In this document: one piece after another, positions 1 through 6,805 of the stretch
Position numbering within the stretch: position 1 is the stretch's first letter
Layout of the letters: every line of letters starts with the position of its first letter
Origin: a virus
Lineage: Duplodnaviria > Heunggongvirae > Uroviricota > Caudoviricetes
IMG/VR virus record: IMGVR_UViG_3300040810_000833
Coordinates: 1-64,000 of that record
Length of the DNA: 64,000 nt
Direction: 5' to 3' (one strand)
The notes under the pieces: model-generated
Seen by the model: the letters and a program-made list of their open reading frames with translations, nothing else
Told to the model about the DNA's origin: nothing
Databases searched by the model: none
Program-made: the position numbers and the translations under genes

Positions 1-58
1 CGTTTTCAACCGGCCGCAGCAATCGGGCGTCTGCGGCCAGCCCATCGAACATAATTCA
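1..58 (-). repeat. Family-A repeat, truncated copy A1: first hairpin segments only (accggccgcagc ... ctgcggccagccc)
   Basis: Matches the core of copies at 476-620, 1168-1311 and 1738-1872; lies immediately downstream of the minus-strand ORF 56..343. Confidence 0.6.
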
Positions 59-343
59 GTAGCAACCCCAGCTTTCATCATCATAATCGTCATCATCAAA
101 AAGCCTATTTTCTCGACAGTCCATAGATGGATCAAGTCGAATTCCGCCAGATAGGCCAACATCTTTACCAGTCACAACGTGCATGTGTGAACCAGACGCC
201 CATTCTTTCGCCTTTTCTAGGGAAGTAAATACGGCAACTGGCTCTCCGTAGCCGTCATGGCAATAGCCCTCAAAGACAATGAATACTTCGACCGTTTCTT
301 TCACGGTGAGTTCGCGAATTATCTGTTCAGTTTTGCTTGACAT
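56..343 (-). CDS. hypothetical small protein (95 aa), acidic C-terminus
   Basis: ORF on the strand shared by neighbouring genes; family-A repeat directly downstream of its stop. Confidence 0.4.
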   Translation of the reverse strand: MSSKTEQIIRELTVKETVEVFIVFEGYCHDGYGEPVAVFTSLEKAKEWASGSHMHVVTGKDVGLSGGIRLDPSMDCRENRLFDDDDYDDESWGCY

Positions 344-475
344 AAAGACATTTCCCTCGACAAGATTTTTTGTATCCGTGGTTCAATCATACTCCTATTA
401 TCGGATATTGTCAACTACAATATTGAATGTTTTCTACTGAATTCTTATTTCATAAAAAGCCAGAGTTCTTGATTT

Positions 476-620
476 TGAGAATTTCTGGCGTCGTCTCGCT
501 GCGGCCGGTCCTTCGGCCGTTTTTCACCGGCCGCAGCGATCAAGCGTCTGCGGCCAGCCCATTCCCAGAATTGAGAAAATCCCCGCCGCTTTTCTCGGCG
601 GCGGGAATTCTGAATCTTAG
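476..620 (-). repeat. Family-A structured repeat copy A2 (~145 bp)
   Basis: Three mutually complementary segments gctgcggccgg (498-508) / ccggccgcagc (527-537) / ctgcggcc (548-555), then a GC hairpin ccccgccgcttttctcggcggcggg; the stop of gene 617..1018 lies at the repeat end. Confidence 0.8.
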
Positions 621-1018
621 AACAGCCTTTTCGGACGTCCCTTCGATACCGCACCGTCGACAAATTCTTCAAACTCGATCGATCCGGAGGATTCCACTTG
701 CTGGGCATAAATCGCAATTCTACGCTCACGTTCCTCACGGTGAGAAACGGAAGCCCTGTCACTGTTCAGCTTTTCCAGTCTCCGGAAAACCCGGTTTCCA
801 CTTACCAGCTCTCCGCTATTGTCCCGGATATCTTCCGGGAGATATTCCTGAGGAAAGTCGAGAGAAGCGAGAAAAACCAGTCCGGTATCTGCCATTAATG
901 CAGAGTAACTTCCGAAGCCCAAGTATGGCTGGCTTGAATCACCACGGACATCATCAATGGTTTTGATCAATTGTGTCATTTTCGTTTTCCCGTCAGGAGC
1001 AAAAGAAACAAAATTCAA
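617..1018 (-). CDS. hypothetical protein (133 aa)
   Basis: Minus-strand ORF whose stop codon abuts repeat A2; the overlapping plus-strand ORF 427..966 is judged spurious. Confidence 0.5.
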   Translation of the reverse strand: MNFVSFAPDGKTKMTQLIKTIDDVRGDSSQPYLGFGSYSALMADTGLVFLASLDFPQEYLPEDIRDNSGELVSGNRVFRRLEKLNSDRASVSHREERERRIAIYAQQVESSGSIEFEEFVDGAVSKGRPKRLF

Positions 1019-1167
1019 CTAAGGGGAGTCTATGCTATGTATCGACATAATGGAATGCCGAAAGCATCATTTTCGGAAAGTTTTCTGGAAAAGTACAAGC
1101 CACATCAGCCGGATTTTATGTCAAGCATCTTTTTTGATTTTTCCCATTTATGGGAGAGTTTTCCGGT

Positions 1168-1311
1168 TTCTGAGAATTTCGTTGTTCTGTCCTGCTGCGG
1201 CCGACTATCGGCCTTCTTTCAGTCGGCCGCAGCAATCAGGCGTCTGCGGCCAGCCTATCCCCAAGATTGAGAAAATCCCCGCCGCTTTTCTCGGCGGCGG
1301 GAATTAAGTCA
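1168..1311 (-). repeat. Family-A structured repeat copy A3
   Basis: gctgcggccga (1192-1202) / tcggccgcagc (1221-1231) / ctgcggcc (1242-1249) plus hairpin 1275-1299; the stop TGA of the upstream minus gene is at 1309-1311. Confidence 0.8.
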
Positions 1312-1566
1312 GAACCCGCTATGATCTTCCCAGAACTGAGAGCGGCACCCTGCGTCGACATACGCCCCGTATGTTTCTGTAGCCGACTCCTCGTTGTTAC
1401 TTTCAGGAACTTTCCCGTCATCATAGCAGAATCGACAGTAATGATCTTTACGAGTCCTTCCTCGTTTTCCAGGGTATTCGTCGACGTAACATGATTCGCC
1501 GAAATTGATACGCTCGCCACAGTTGACACACATACGGGAACGTTCTGCAGAAACTTTACGAGCCAT
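1309..1566 (-). CDS. small zinc-ribbon protein (C-x2-C ... C-x2-C), ~85 aa
   Basis: ATG at 1566 is preceded by TGGAG at 7-nt spacing; sequence CVNCGERINFGESCYVDEY...CRFCYDDG; the longer ORF 1309..1641 lacks an RBS. Confidence 0.5.
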   Translation of the reverse strand: MARKVSAERSRMCVNCGERINFGESCYVDEYPGKRGRTRKDHYCRFCYDDGKVPESNNEESATETYGAYVDAGCRSQFWEDHSGF

Positions 1567-1568
1567 CA

Positions 1569-1737
1569 ATTCGCTCCAAAAAGAACAGGGGGAAACACAA
1601 ACCACCGAGAATATACCATACATATCGACAGAACACCACAACGAATAAACAAAAAACTCAATATTATCAAATTATTCCAATAATTCAGAGCTTGAAATAT
1701 TCCCAAACATAAGACAAGTTTCCCGAGTCTGGGAATT
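1569..1737 (-). promoter_or_regulatory. AT-rich putative promoter/leader region for the zinc-ribbon gene
   Basis: ~170 bp of AT-rich non-coding DNA between repeat A4 and the gene start; no precise -35/-10 assignment possible. Confidence 0.25.
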
Positions 1738-1872
1738 TTGAATTTTCTCTTGTTCTGTCCTGCTGCGGCCGACCATCGGCCTTCTTTCAGTCGGCCGCAG
1801 CAATCAGGCGTCTGCGGCCAGCCTATCCCCAGAATTGAGAAAATCCCCACCGCTTTTCTCAGCGGCTGGGCG
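1738..1872 (-). repeat. Family-A structured repeat copy A4 (second hairpin degenerate)
   Basis: Near-identical to A3 over ~110 bp. Confidence 0.8.
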
Positions 1873-1926
1873 GGTGCTGACAATCAGCAACACACAACGA
1901 ACGAAAAGGCCGCACAGCCTTAACGA

Positions 1927-2055
1927 TTAACAACGTCGTGTACTTTGCCGCACAACCAAACGCCACAAATCAGGGCGTTCAGAACGCAGGCCGGGCAACC
2001 CGACACGCTTGATAATTTCCCGTATTTCCTTTTTTTGTCTTGATCGTATGTCCAT
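1927..2055 (-). CDS. hypothetical small basic protein (~42 aa)
   Basis: Internal ATG at 2055 is preceded by GGAAG at 7 nt; the ORF table gives a longer version, 1927..2118. Confidence 0.3.
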   Translation of the reverse strand: MDIRSRQKKEIREIIKRVGLPGLRSERPDLWRLVVRQSTRRC

Positions 2056-2328
2056 GCTGCAACTTCCTATAAAGTAAACTTGGCAATGGGATTGTACTTG
2101 TTTATCGGCAGGACACAACTCATTTATTCAGGGAAATCTCTTTTTTACTGGAAAAGTGGGGTCAATAGATAATAAGCAATTTCCCGAAAATTAGAGAGTT
2201 TTCTTGGTTTTGATAATCCACGCCGTCTCGCGGCGGCTGACACAGCAGCTTACACGGGTCAGCCGCTGCGATGAGGCATATTCGGGCACACCACATAATG
2301 GAGAGTCTTGTTGTATTGATCGTTCACG

Positions 2329-2399
2329 TACCGTTCCGTTGCGGTTATTTTCTTCAGCCTCCCATCCTGCTGGCTGATCGGCCGAATGCAGGAAACTCA
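2329..2399 (-). repeat. Family-B repeat copy B1 (degenerate stem)
   Basis: gttgcggttatttt-cttcagcc...ctgctggctgatcggccgaatgcaggaaactca; the upstream gene's stop (tca, 2397-2399) lies inside the conserved 'gaaactca' end. Confidence 0.7.
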
Positions 2400-2681
2400 G
2401 CCCTTGGAGACGTCCCAGTGTCGGCATTCCCACGTTGACTGGGTTGTGTATGGATTTCCGTGCTGTTTTGTAACAGCCAGCCTCTGGATGCTTTCTCTGC
2501 TGCTATTCAGTTTCTGACCCCTCAGTAGAAACGAGAAAGCACTCGGATTGATTTCGCGACGTTCCTTACCACGCATAATGAAGAATTCCGGAGGATCAGA
2601 AACCCCATTCCACTGATGAACTGACCAGAGAAGAATGAAGTCGTCAAAATGGAAGAACCGCATTTTGTAGATGCTGTGCAT
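2397..2681 (-). CDS. hypothetical protein (94 aa)
   Basis: ORF ending in repeat B1 in the same way as other B-associated genes. Confidence 0.4.
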   Translation of the reverse strand: MHSIYKMRFFHFDDFILLWSVHQWNGVSDPPEFFIMRGKERREINPSAFSFLLRGQKLNSSRESIQRLAVTKQHGNPYTTQSTWECRHWDVSKG

Positions 2682-2766
2682 GATAAACCCTCAAGAGTTA
2701 GACAACAGAAAACCACCAACGGGACCTTACCGGAAGTATCGGCAAATGTCCAGGCCTAACTTAAAA

Positions 2767-2782
2767 GAATTCTGCAGAATTC
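2767..2782. promoter_or_regulatory. Perfect 16-bp palindrome GAATTCTGCAGAATTC (operator-like)
   Basis: Read directly from sequence; a second identical copy is at 3638-3653 and related copies sit in C-family leaders. Confidence 0.5.
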
Positions 2783-2801
2783 TCGGTTTTGTCTGAATTG
2801 T

Positions 2802-2869
2802 CGTTTCGTTGCGGTTATTTGCTTCAGCCGACCAGCCTGCTGGCTGATCGGCCGAATGCGGGAAACTCA
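2802..2869 (-). repeat. Family-B repeat copy B2
   Basis: Imperfect hairpin gccgaccagcc-tgc-tggctgatcggc; stop of gene 2867..3052 is at the 'aactca' end. Confidence 0.8.
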
Positions 2870-3052
2870 TTTGCTATCCATCATTTGCTGATGGATATTG
2901 TCTCGGTGATCCGCATCGTCCCTGATTTCCTGCCAGAACTCTTCCCAGTCGTTCGCAAGCTGTTGTTCACGCTGGCGTTCTGCAAGCCATTCTGAATATG
3001 CTACGCACTCTTCCAGGTCTTCACACTGCAGGGAGATATCGAAACTCGACAT
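2867..3052 (-). CDS. small acidic protein (61 aa), paralog of 3739..3939
   Basis: ~70% aa identity to the 66-aa paralog (FDISLQCEDL..AYSEWLAER...DWEEFWQEIRD...NIH.QMMDSK). Confidence 0.6.
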   Translation of the reverse strand: MSSFDISLQCEDLEECVAYSEWLAERQREQQLANDWEEFWQEIRDDADHRDNIHQQMMDSK

Positions 3053-3185
3053 TCTTACAACTCCTTCAGAATTTCAATCGGGTACTGACGATCAGTACCA
3101 ACAACAGCATCATGACTAACATCGGCAGGCCTTGCAATCCATCTGGACACAATTCCGGGAGATTTTTGAGATTTGGGAATAGTTT

Positions 3186-3254
3186 CCGCCCCGTTGCGGT
3201 TATTTGCTTCAGCCGACCAGCCTGCTGGCTGATCGGCCGAATGCAGGAAACTCA
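3186..3254 (-). repeat. Family-B repeat copy B3
   Basis: Same core as B2; stop of gene 3252..3563 is inside the 'aactca' end. Confidence 0.8.
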
Positions 3255-3563
3255 ATCTAGTTCGATCGTGTACTCTACTGCACGGATATATCTGTGAAGT
3301 TTGTCCCCGATCTCTGTAATCGTTCTGCCGGTTACTCTACCGACAGACAGGAAACGTTTGATTGAGTCAGCAGCACGATTCCTGACCGTCCCATGCGTAC
3401 CGTCTTCGCTTTCAAGCAGGGAAGTGTTCGCTGCTTCATACTGTCGGACGCTTTTCGAATACCATCCATCGTTTTCTGTCCCGCAGAAGATTCTCGCAAG
3501 AGTCTCCCCGGCAGAATTCACAACAGTAACACGCAGAGCCATTGAGTACATGGTTAACTCCAT
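3252..3563 (-). CDS. hypothetical protein (103 aa)
   Basis: ORF on the minus strand between the duplicated B modules. Confidence 0.45.
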   Translation of the reverse strand: MELTMYSMALRVTVVNSAGETLARIFCGTENDGWYSKSVRQYEAANTSLLESEDGTHGTVRNRAADSIKRFLSVGRVTGRTITEIGDKLHRYIRAVEYTIELD

Positions 3564-3637
3564 TCTGGATTTTTAACAAAAGGCCACATGCAGGAACTTA
3601 CCAGAAGTATCGGCAGCTGTCCAGGCCTAGCTTGAAA

Positions 3638-3653
3638 GAATTCTGCAGAATTC
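3638..3653. promoter_or_regulatory. Second copy of the 16-bp palindrome GAATTCTGCAGAATTC
   Basis: Read directly. Confidence 0.5.
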
Positions 3654-3671
3654 CAGATCCTAGAAATTGTT

Positions 3672-3741
3672 TCCGTTTCGTTGCGGTTATTTGCTTCAGC
3701 CGACCAGCCTGCTGGCTGATCGGCCGAATGCGGGAAACTCA
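3672..3741 (-). repeat. Family-B repeat copy B4
   Basis: Identical core to B2. Confidence 0.8.
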
Positions 3742-3939
3742 TTTGCTATCCATCATCTGCCGATGGATGTTGTCTTCGTGCTCTGATTGGTCCCTGATTT
3801 CCTGCCAGAATTCCTCCCAGTCTGTAGCGAGCCGTTCCTGCCTTTTCCGTTCAGCGAGCCATTCGGAATAAGCTTCGCAATCAGACAGATCTTCACACTG
3901 CAATGAGATATCAAACGTACACAAACCGAGCATATCCAA
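3739..3939 (-). CDS. small acidic protein (66 aa), paralog of 2867..3052
   Basis: Paralogy plus the same downstream B repeat. Confidence 0.6.
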   Translation of the reverse strand: MDMLGLCTFDISLQCEDLSDCEAYSEWLAERKRQERLATDWEEFWQEIRDQSEHEDNIHRQMMDSK

Positions 3940-4063
3940 ACTCCGTTAGGGTTTCAGAATGTTGCTTACAATCAGCAACAGGATCAGCATTAGAATCAAC
4001 ATCGACCAACCTTGCAATCCACCTTGACACAATCCCGGAGAATTCCAGAGATTGGAAATTGTC

Positions 4064-4128
4064 TCCGCTTCGTGGCGGTTATTTGCTTCAGCCGACCAGC
4101 CTGATGGCTGATCGGCCGAATACAGGGG
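4064..4128 (-). repeat. Family-B repeat copy B5 (3' end diverged)
   Basis: gtggcggttatttgcttcagccgaccagcctgatggctgatcggccgaat. Confidence 0.7.
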
Positions 4129-4167
4129 TTACAATCATCACGAGCCTTGTGGTATTTTCAAATTACA

Positions 4168-4239
4168 CTCCGCTCCGTTCCGGCTTGCATCATCCAGACT
4201 GCCTGGGCAGGCAATCCGGCTTCTGCGGCTAACTCACTA
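4168..4239 (-). repeat. Family-C repeat copy C1
   Basis: ccggcttgcatca.ccagactgcc-NNG-ggcaggcaatccggc, i.e. outer stem ccggcttgc/gcaatccgg with inner stem ctgcc/ggcag and a 3-nt loop; stop of gene 4237..4443 at the 'aactca' end. Confidence 0.8.
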
Positions 4240-4443
4240 TCCGTTATTCAGTTCCTTCAGTGTCTCTCGCAACCGGGCGATCAGTAGGGGGCTGACTGGG
4301 ATTCTGATGCTTACCTGTGTCCCGTCCTCCTCGATGAAATCCAGGTGGATGCCAGGCCCGTCAGAACCACTCATCGACTCGAACACATAAGGACTGTACT
4401 CACTTGGTAACTCAACCGTCTTCTGGACTTTCACCTTCGCCAT
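4237..4443 (-). CDS. 68-aa protein, family-C gene copy 1
   Basis: Paralogs at 4612..4818 and 5412..5621 (VELPS.YSPYVFESM.GSDG.G..LDF.EEDGT.V..RIP..P.LIA.L...L). Confidence 0.6.
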   Translation of the reverse strand: MAKVKVQKTVELPSEYSPYVFESMSGSDGPGIHLDFIEEDGTQVSIRIPVSPLLIARLRETLKELNNG

Positions 4444-4506
4444 TTCGCTTGCTCCCGTAGGTAGGTTATCGTCGGGACTGCCTGAAGTCCAGGCTGTTCC
4501 CAGGGT

Positions 4507-4540
4507 GAATCCTGCAGAATCTCACAATTGAGAATCTGCG
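4507..4540. promoter_or_regulatory. Operator-like imperfect inverted repeat gaatcctgcagaatctcacaattgagaatctgc in the leader of the family-C gene
   Basis: Recurs at 4883-4912, 5310-5340 and 5684-5712; PstI-core palindrome related to the B-unit 16-mer. Confidence 0.45.
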
Positions 4541-4544
4541 GTCG

Positions 4545-4614
4545 TCGTCTCGTTCCGGCTTGCATCAGCCAGACTGCCTCGGCAGGCAATCCGGCCTTTG
4601 CAGCTAACTCACTA
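4545..4614 (-). repeat. Family-C repeat copy C2
   Basis: As C1, loop tcg. Confidence 0.8.
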
Positions 4615-4818
4615 TCCGTTGTTCAGTTCCTTCAGGGTGTCTTGGAGTCGGGCAATCAGTAGGGGGCTGACTGGGATTCTAACGCTTACCTGCGTTCCAT
4701 CCTCCTCGATGAAATCCAGGTGGATTCCAGGTCCATCAGAACCGCTCATCGACTCAAACACGTAAGGATTGTAGTCTCCGGGCATGTCCACGATCTTTTG
4801 CACTCTCATCTTCGCCAT
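4612..4818 (-). CDS. 68-aa protein, family-C gene copy 2
   Basis: ~80% identity to copy 1. Confidence 0.6.
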   Translation of the reverse strand: MAKMRVQKIVDMPGDYNPYVFESMSGSDGPGIHLDFIEEDGTQVSVRIPVSPLLIARLQDTLKELNNG

Positions 4819-4920
4819 TCGCTCGCTCCCGTAGGTAGGTTATCGTCGGGACTGCCTGAAGTCCAGGCTAGTCTCCGGGAAAGTTCTGCAGAATCTCACA
4901 ATTGAGAACCTGCAATCATC

Positions 4921-4996
4921 GTGCCGTTCCGGCCTTGCATCAGCCAGACTGCCCCGGCAGGCAATCCGGCCTCTGCGGCCAACTCAATTCAGTCTA
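4921..4996 (-). repeat. Family-C repeat copy C3
   Basis: As C1, loop ccg; follows the unrelated gene 4994..5209. Confidence 0.8.
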
Positions 4997-5209
4997 GTGC
5001 TGGCACCGATTTTCAAACTCAGTAATGAACCAGCCACGAGCGTTTAGGGCTTCGTCTGCGGTGCATCCGTCGGCAAGGCAACCGTCTTGCACGTTCAGAG
5101 AATAAGACGCCATGCACTCTTCAGGGCTTTCGTAGCAGTCGATCTGGTCCAGTGCTATTAGCAGGTTGCTGTCGACATGCTGTTGAATTGTCTGCTCGTG
5201 CCTGCTCAT
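4994..5209 (-). CDS. hypothetical acidic Cys-containing protein (71 aa) inserted in the C array
   Basis: ORF with its stop at the start of C3; no similarity to the 68-aa family. Confidence 0.45.
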   Translation of the reverse strand: MSRHEQTIQQHVDSNLLIALDQIDCYESPEECMASYSLNVQDGCLADGCTADEALNARGWFITEFENRCQH

Positions 5210-5349
5210 TGCTGTCGCCTTTCGTGGTTTGTGTTTGCTTTGGTGTTCGTGCCTCGCATGTACGCACTATATCGTCGGGACCGCTTGAAGTCCAAGCCGT
5301 TCCCCGGTTGAATCCTGCAGAATCTTACAATTGAGAACCTGCAATCGTC

Positions 5350-5414
5350 GTGTCGTTCCGGCTTGCATCAGCCAGACTGCCCCGGCAGGCAATCCGGCTT
5401 CTGCGGCTGACTCA
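5350..5414 (-). repeat. Family-C repeat copy C4
   Basis: As C3. Confidence 0.8.
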
Positions 5415-5621
5415 GTCATTCTCTGTGGATGTTCTCAGTTTCTCTTTCAATAGGGCAATCAACTCCGGCGTGATCGGGATTCTGACATTGACCGTTGTAC
5501 CGTCTTCCTCGGTGAAGTCTAGGCTGACGCCCATCCCGTCGCTGCCGTGCATCGATTCGAAGACATAGGGGCTGTAATCGCTGGGTAGCTCAACCATCTT
5601 GTGGATTTTGATTTTTGACAC
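5412..5621 (-). CDS. ~69-aa protein, family-C gene copy 3 (GTG start inferred)
   Basis: Aligns with the paralogs from a GTG at 5619-5621 (VSKIKIHKMVELPSDY vs MAKVKVQKTVELPSEY); an ATG at 5596 is the alternative start; the longer ORF 5412..5786 runs through repeat C5 and is rejected. Confidence 0.5.
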   Translation of the reverse strand: MSKIKIHKMVELPSDYSPYVFESMHGSDGMGVSLDFTEEDGTTVNVRIPITPELIALLKEKLRTSTEND

Positions 5622-5714
5622 TCGTTGCTCCCGTATGTAAGTTATCGTCGGGACCGCCTGAAGTCCAGGCTGTTCCCCGGTTGAATCCTGCAGAATCTCA
5701 CAATTGAGAAACTG

Positions 5715-5770
5715 CGATCGTCGTTTCGTTCCGGCTTGCATCAGCCAGACTGCCCCGGCAGGCAATCGGG
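5715..5770 (-). repeat. Family-C repeat copy C5 (3' part diverged)
   Basis: cgtttcgttccggcttgcatcagccagactgccccggcaggcaatcgggc. Confidence 0.7.
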
Positions 5771-6230
5771 CTAGTAGGGGAGGCACGGACGAGAGGGTGG
5801 TGGTTTTTCGTTCAAATTCAGTACCGTATTGGTCAGTATTTTCTCCGAGGGGGGTTCACCCACCACTCCCCCACCAAAATCAAATTGTACTACCCAAACT
5901 AGCCTACTCACCTACAAAGCATAAATCAGGCTATTACCGTCCCATGAGACTATTCAAGTCCCGATGGTTCGCAAAGTGCTAACTGGTAAGCGACGTTTCA
6001 ATAGTGTCTCATTACGTTGCGGTGACAAGCCTAAGTCACGATATTCGCGGTCTACGGCGACATATCCTCTATTACTAGAACGCCCTATTGCCCTGTCTCG
6101 CCGGATTGATTAGTTCCGGCGTACCAACTTCCAGCCATCCTCTAGCTCTGTCCTGCTCACTCTGAGAGGCCCGAATGCGGTCAACACGGGAAAGCTTAAC
6201 GCCGCATATTTCAGAACAGTCCTTCGATTC

Positions 6231-6656
6231 TTAGCACTCTTTTGGGGCGAGAATTGCCGCCCACGCAGGAACTCCTCGACGGAGTCTGCCTCTTAGTACA
6301 TCATAGCTAACAACGCATCGTTCGTCTCTGCTCCACTCTGAAATTGTCTTACTTTCTCCAAAACATTCAATAAATACGTTATCGACTCTATTGTTTGCAT
6401 TTTCAAGCAGGCTGACAACTCTAAGATTCTCGCGAGTATTATTGAGTCGATCTTTATCGATATGGTCTACAATCAAATCCGGGTCTGTAACGCCCAGGAC
6501 AAATCGATGCATCCGAACTTCTTTTCCTCGAACCTTAGTTAAGGCATATCCTTGGCGGTAATACCAGCTATGTCTTTTCACAGATTCGTAGTCTTGAGTA
6601 CTAACTTTTGCGAATTTTCCACCCGCATTTGCTCCATTTAAACGAATTTCAAGCAT
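6231..6656 (-). CDS. HNH homing-type endonuclease (HNH_3/AP2-like)
   Basis: HRFVLG...DHIDKDRLNNTRENLRVV...ENANN motif pattern. Confidence 0.75.
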   Translation of the reverse strand: MLEIRLNGANAGGKFAKVSTQDYESVKRHSWYYRQGYALTKVRGKEVRMHRFVLGVTDPDLIVDHIDKDRLNNTRENLRVVSLLENANNRVDNVFIECFGESKTISEWSRDERCVVSYDVLRGRLRRGVPAWAAILAPKEC

Positions 6657-6805
6657 TTTATTTTCCTTCTTGGGGGTATAATACTTTATCTTTTACTGAA
6701 AGTGGAAAAACATGAAAGCAATTCCAGAAAGCGGCGTCTCTGAAATGGTTAAAGCAGATTTATCTGTTCCAGACCCGCCAACAAATATAGCAATGGGAAT
6801 AATTA

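Noticed and set aside
427-966. 179-aa plus-strand ORF overlapping the 133-aa minus-strand ORF 617..1018
   Set aside because: It runs across the family-A repeat and is Arg/Pro/Ser-rich with low complexity. All supported neighbours are on the minus strand, and the minus ORF's stop abuts the repeat like the other cassettes.
2191-3742. Minus-strand ORFs beginning MSFLHSADQPAGW... (2191..2433, 3055..3255, 3554..3742) that look like a conserved protein family
   Set aside because: The conserved peptide is encoded entirely by the family-B DNA repeat, with the ATG inside 'gaaactcat' and read through the hairpin. Similarity exists at the DNA level only and the downstream parts are unrelated, so these are repeat-generated artefacts.
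5412-5786. 124-aa ORF as the third family-C gene
   Set aside because: The N-terminal 55 aa are read through the C5 repeat and the leader. Alignment with the two 68-aa paralogs supports a GTG start at 5621, or an ATG at 5596.
1-5790. Possibility that the repeat families form a CRISPR array
   Set aside because: Units are 65-145 bp of three different families with non-uniform spacing. The spacers are coding genes plus conserved leaders, and there is no short 28-37-bp direct repeat with regular unique spacers.
5787-6230. tRNA gene in the non-coding gap (segments such as ggttcgcaa / gggggttcaccc)
   Set aside because: I could not assemble a 7-bp acceptor stem plus a T-arm (GTTCRANYC with 5-bp stem) and anticodon arm around these fragments by eye. 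This needs tRNAscan-SE.
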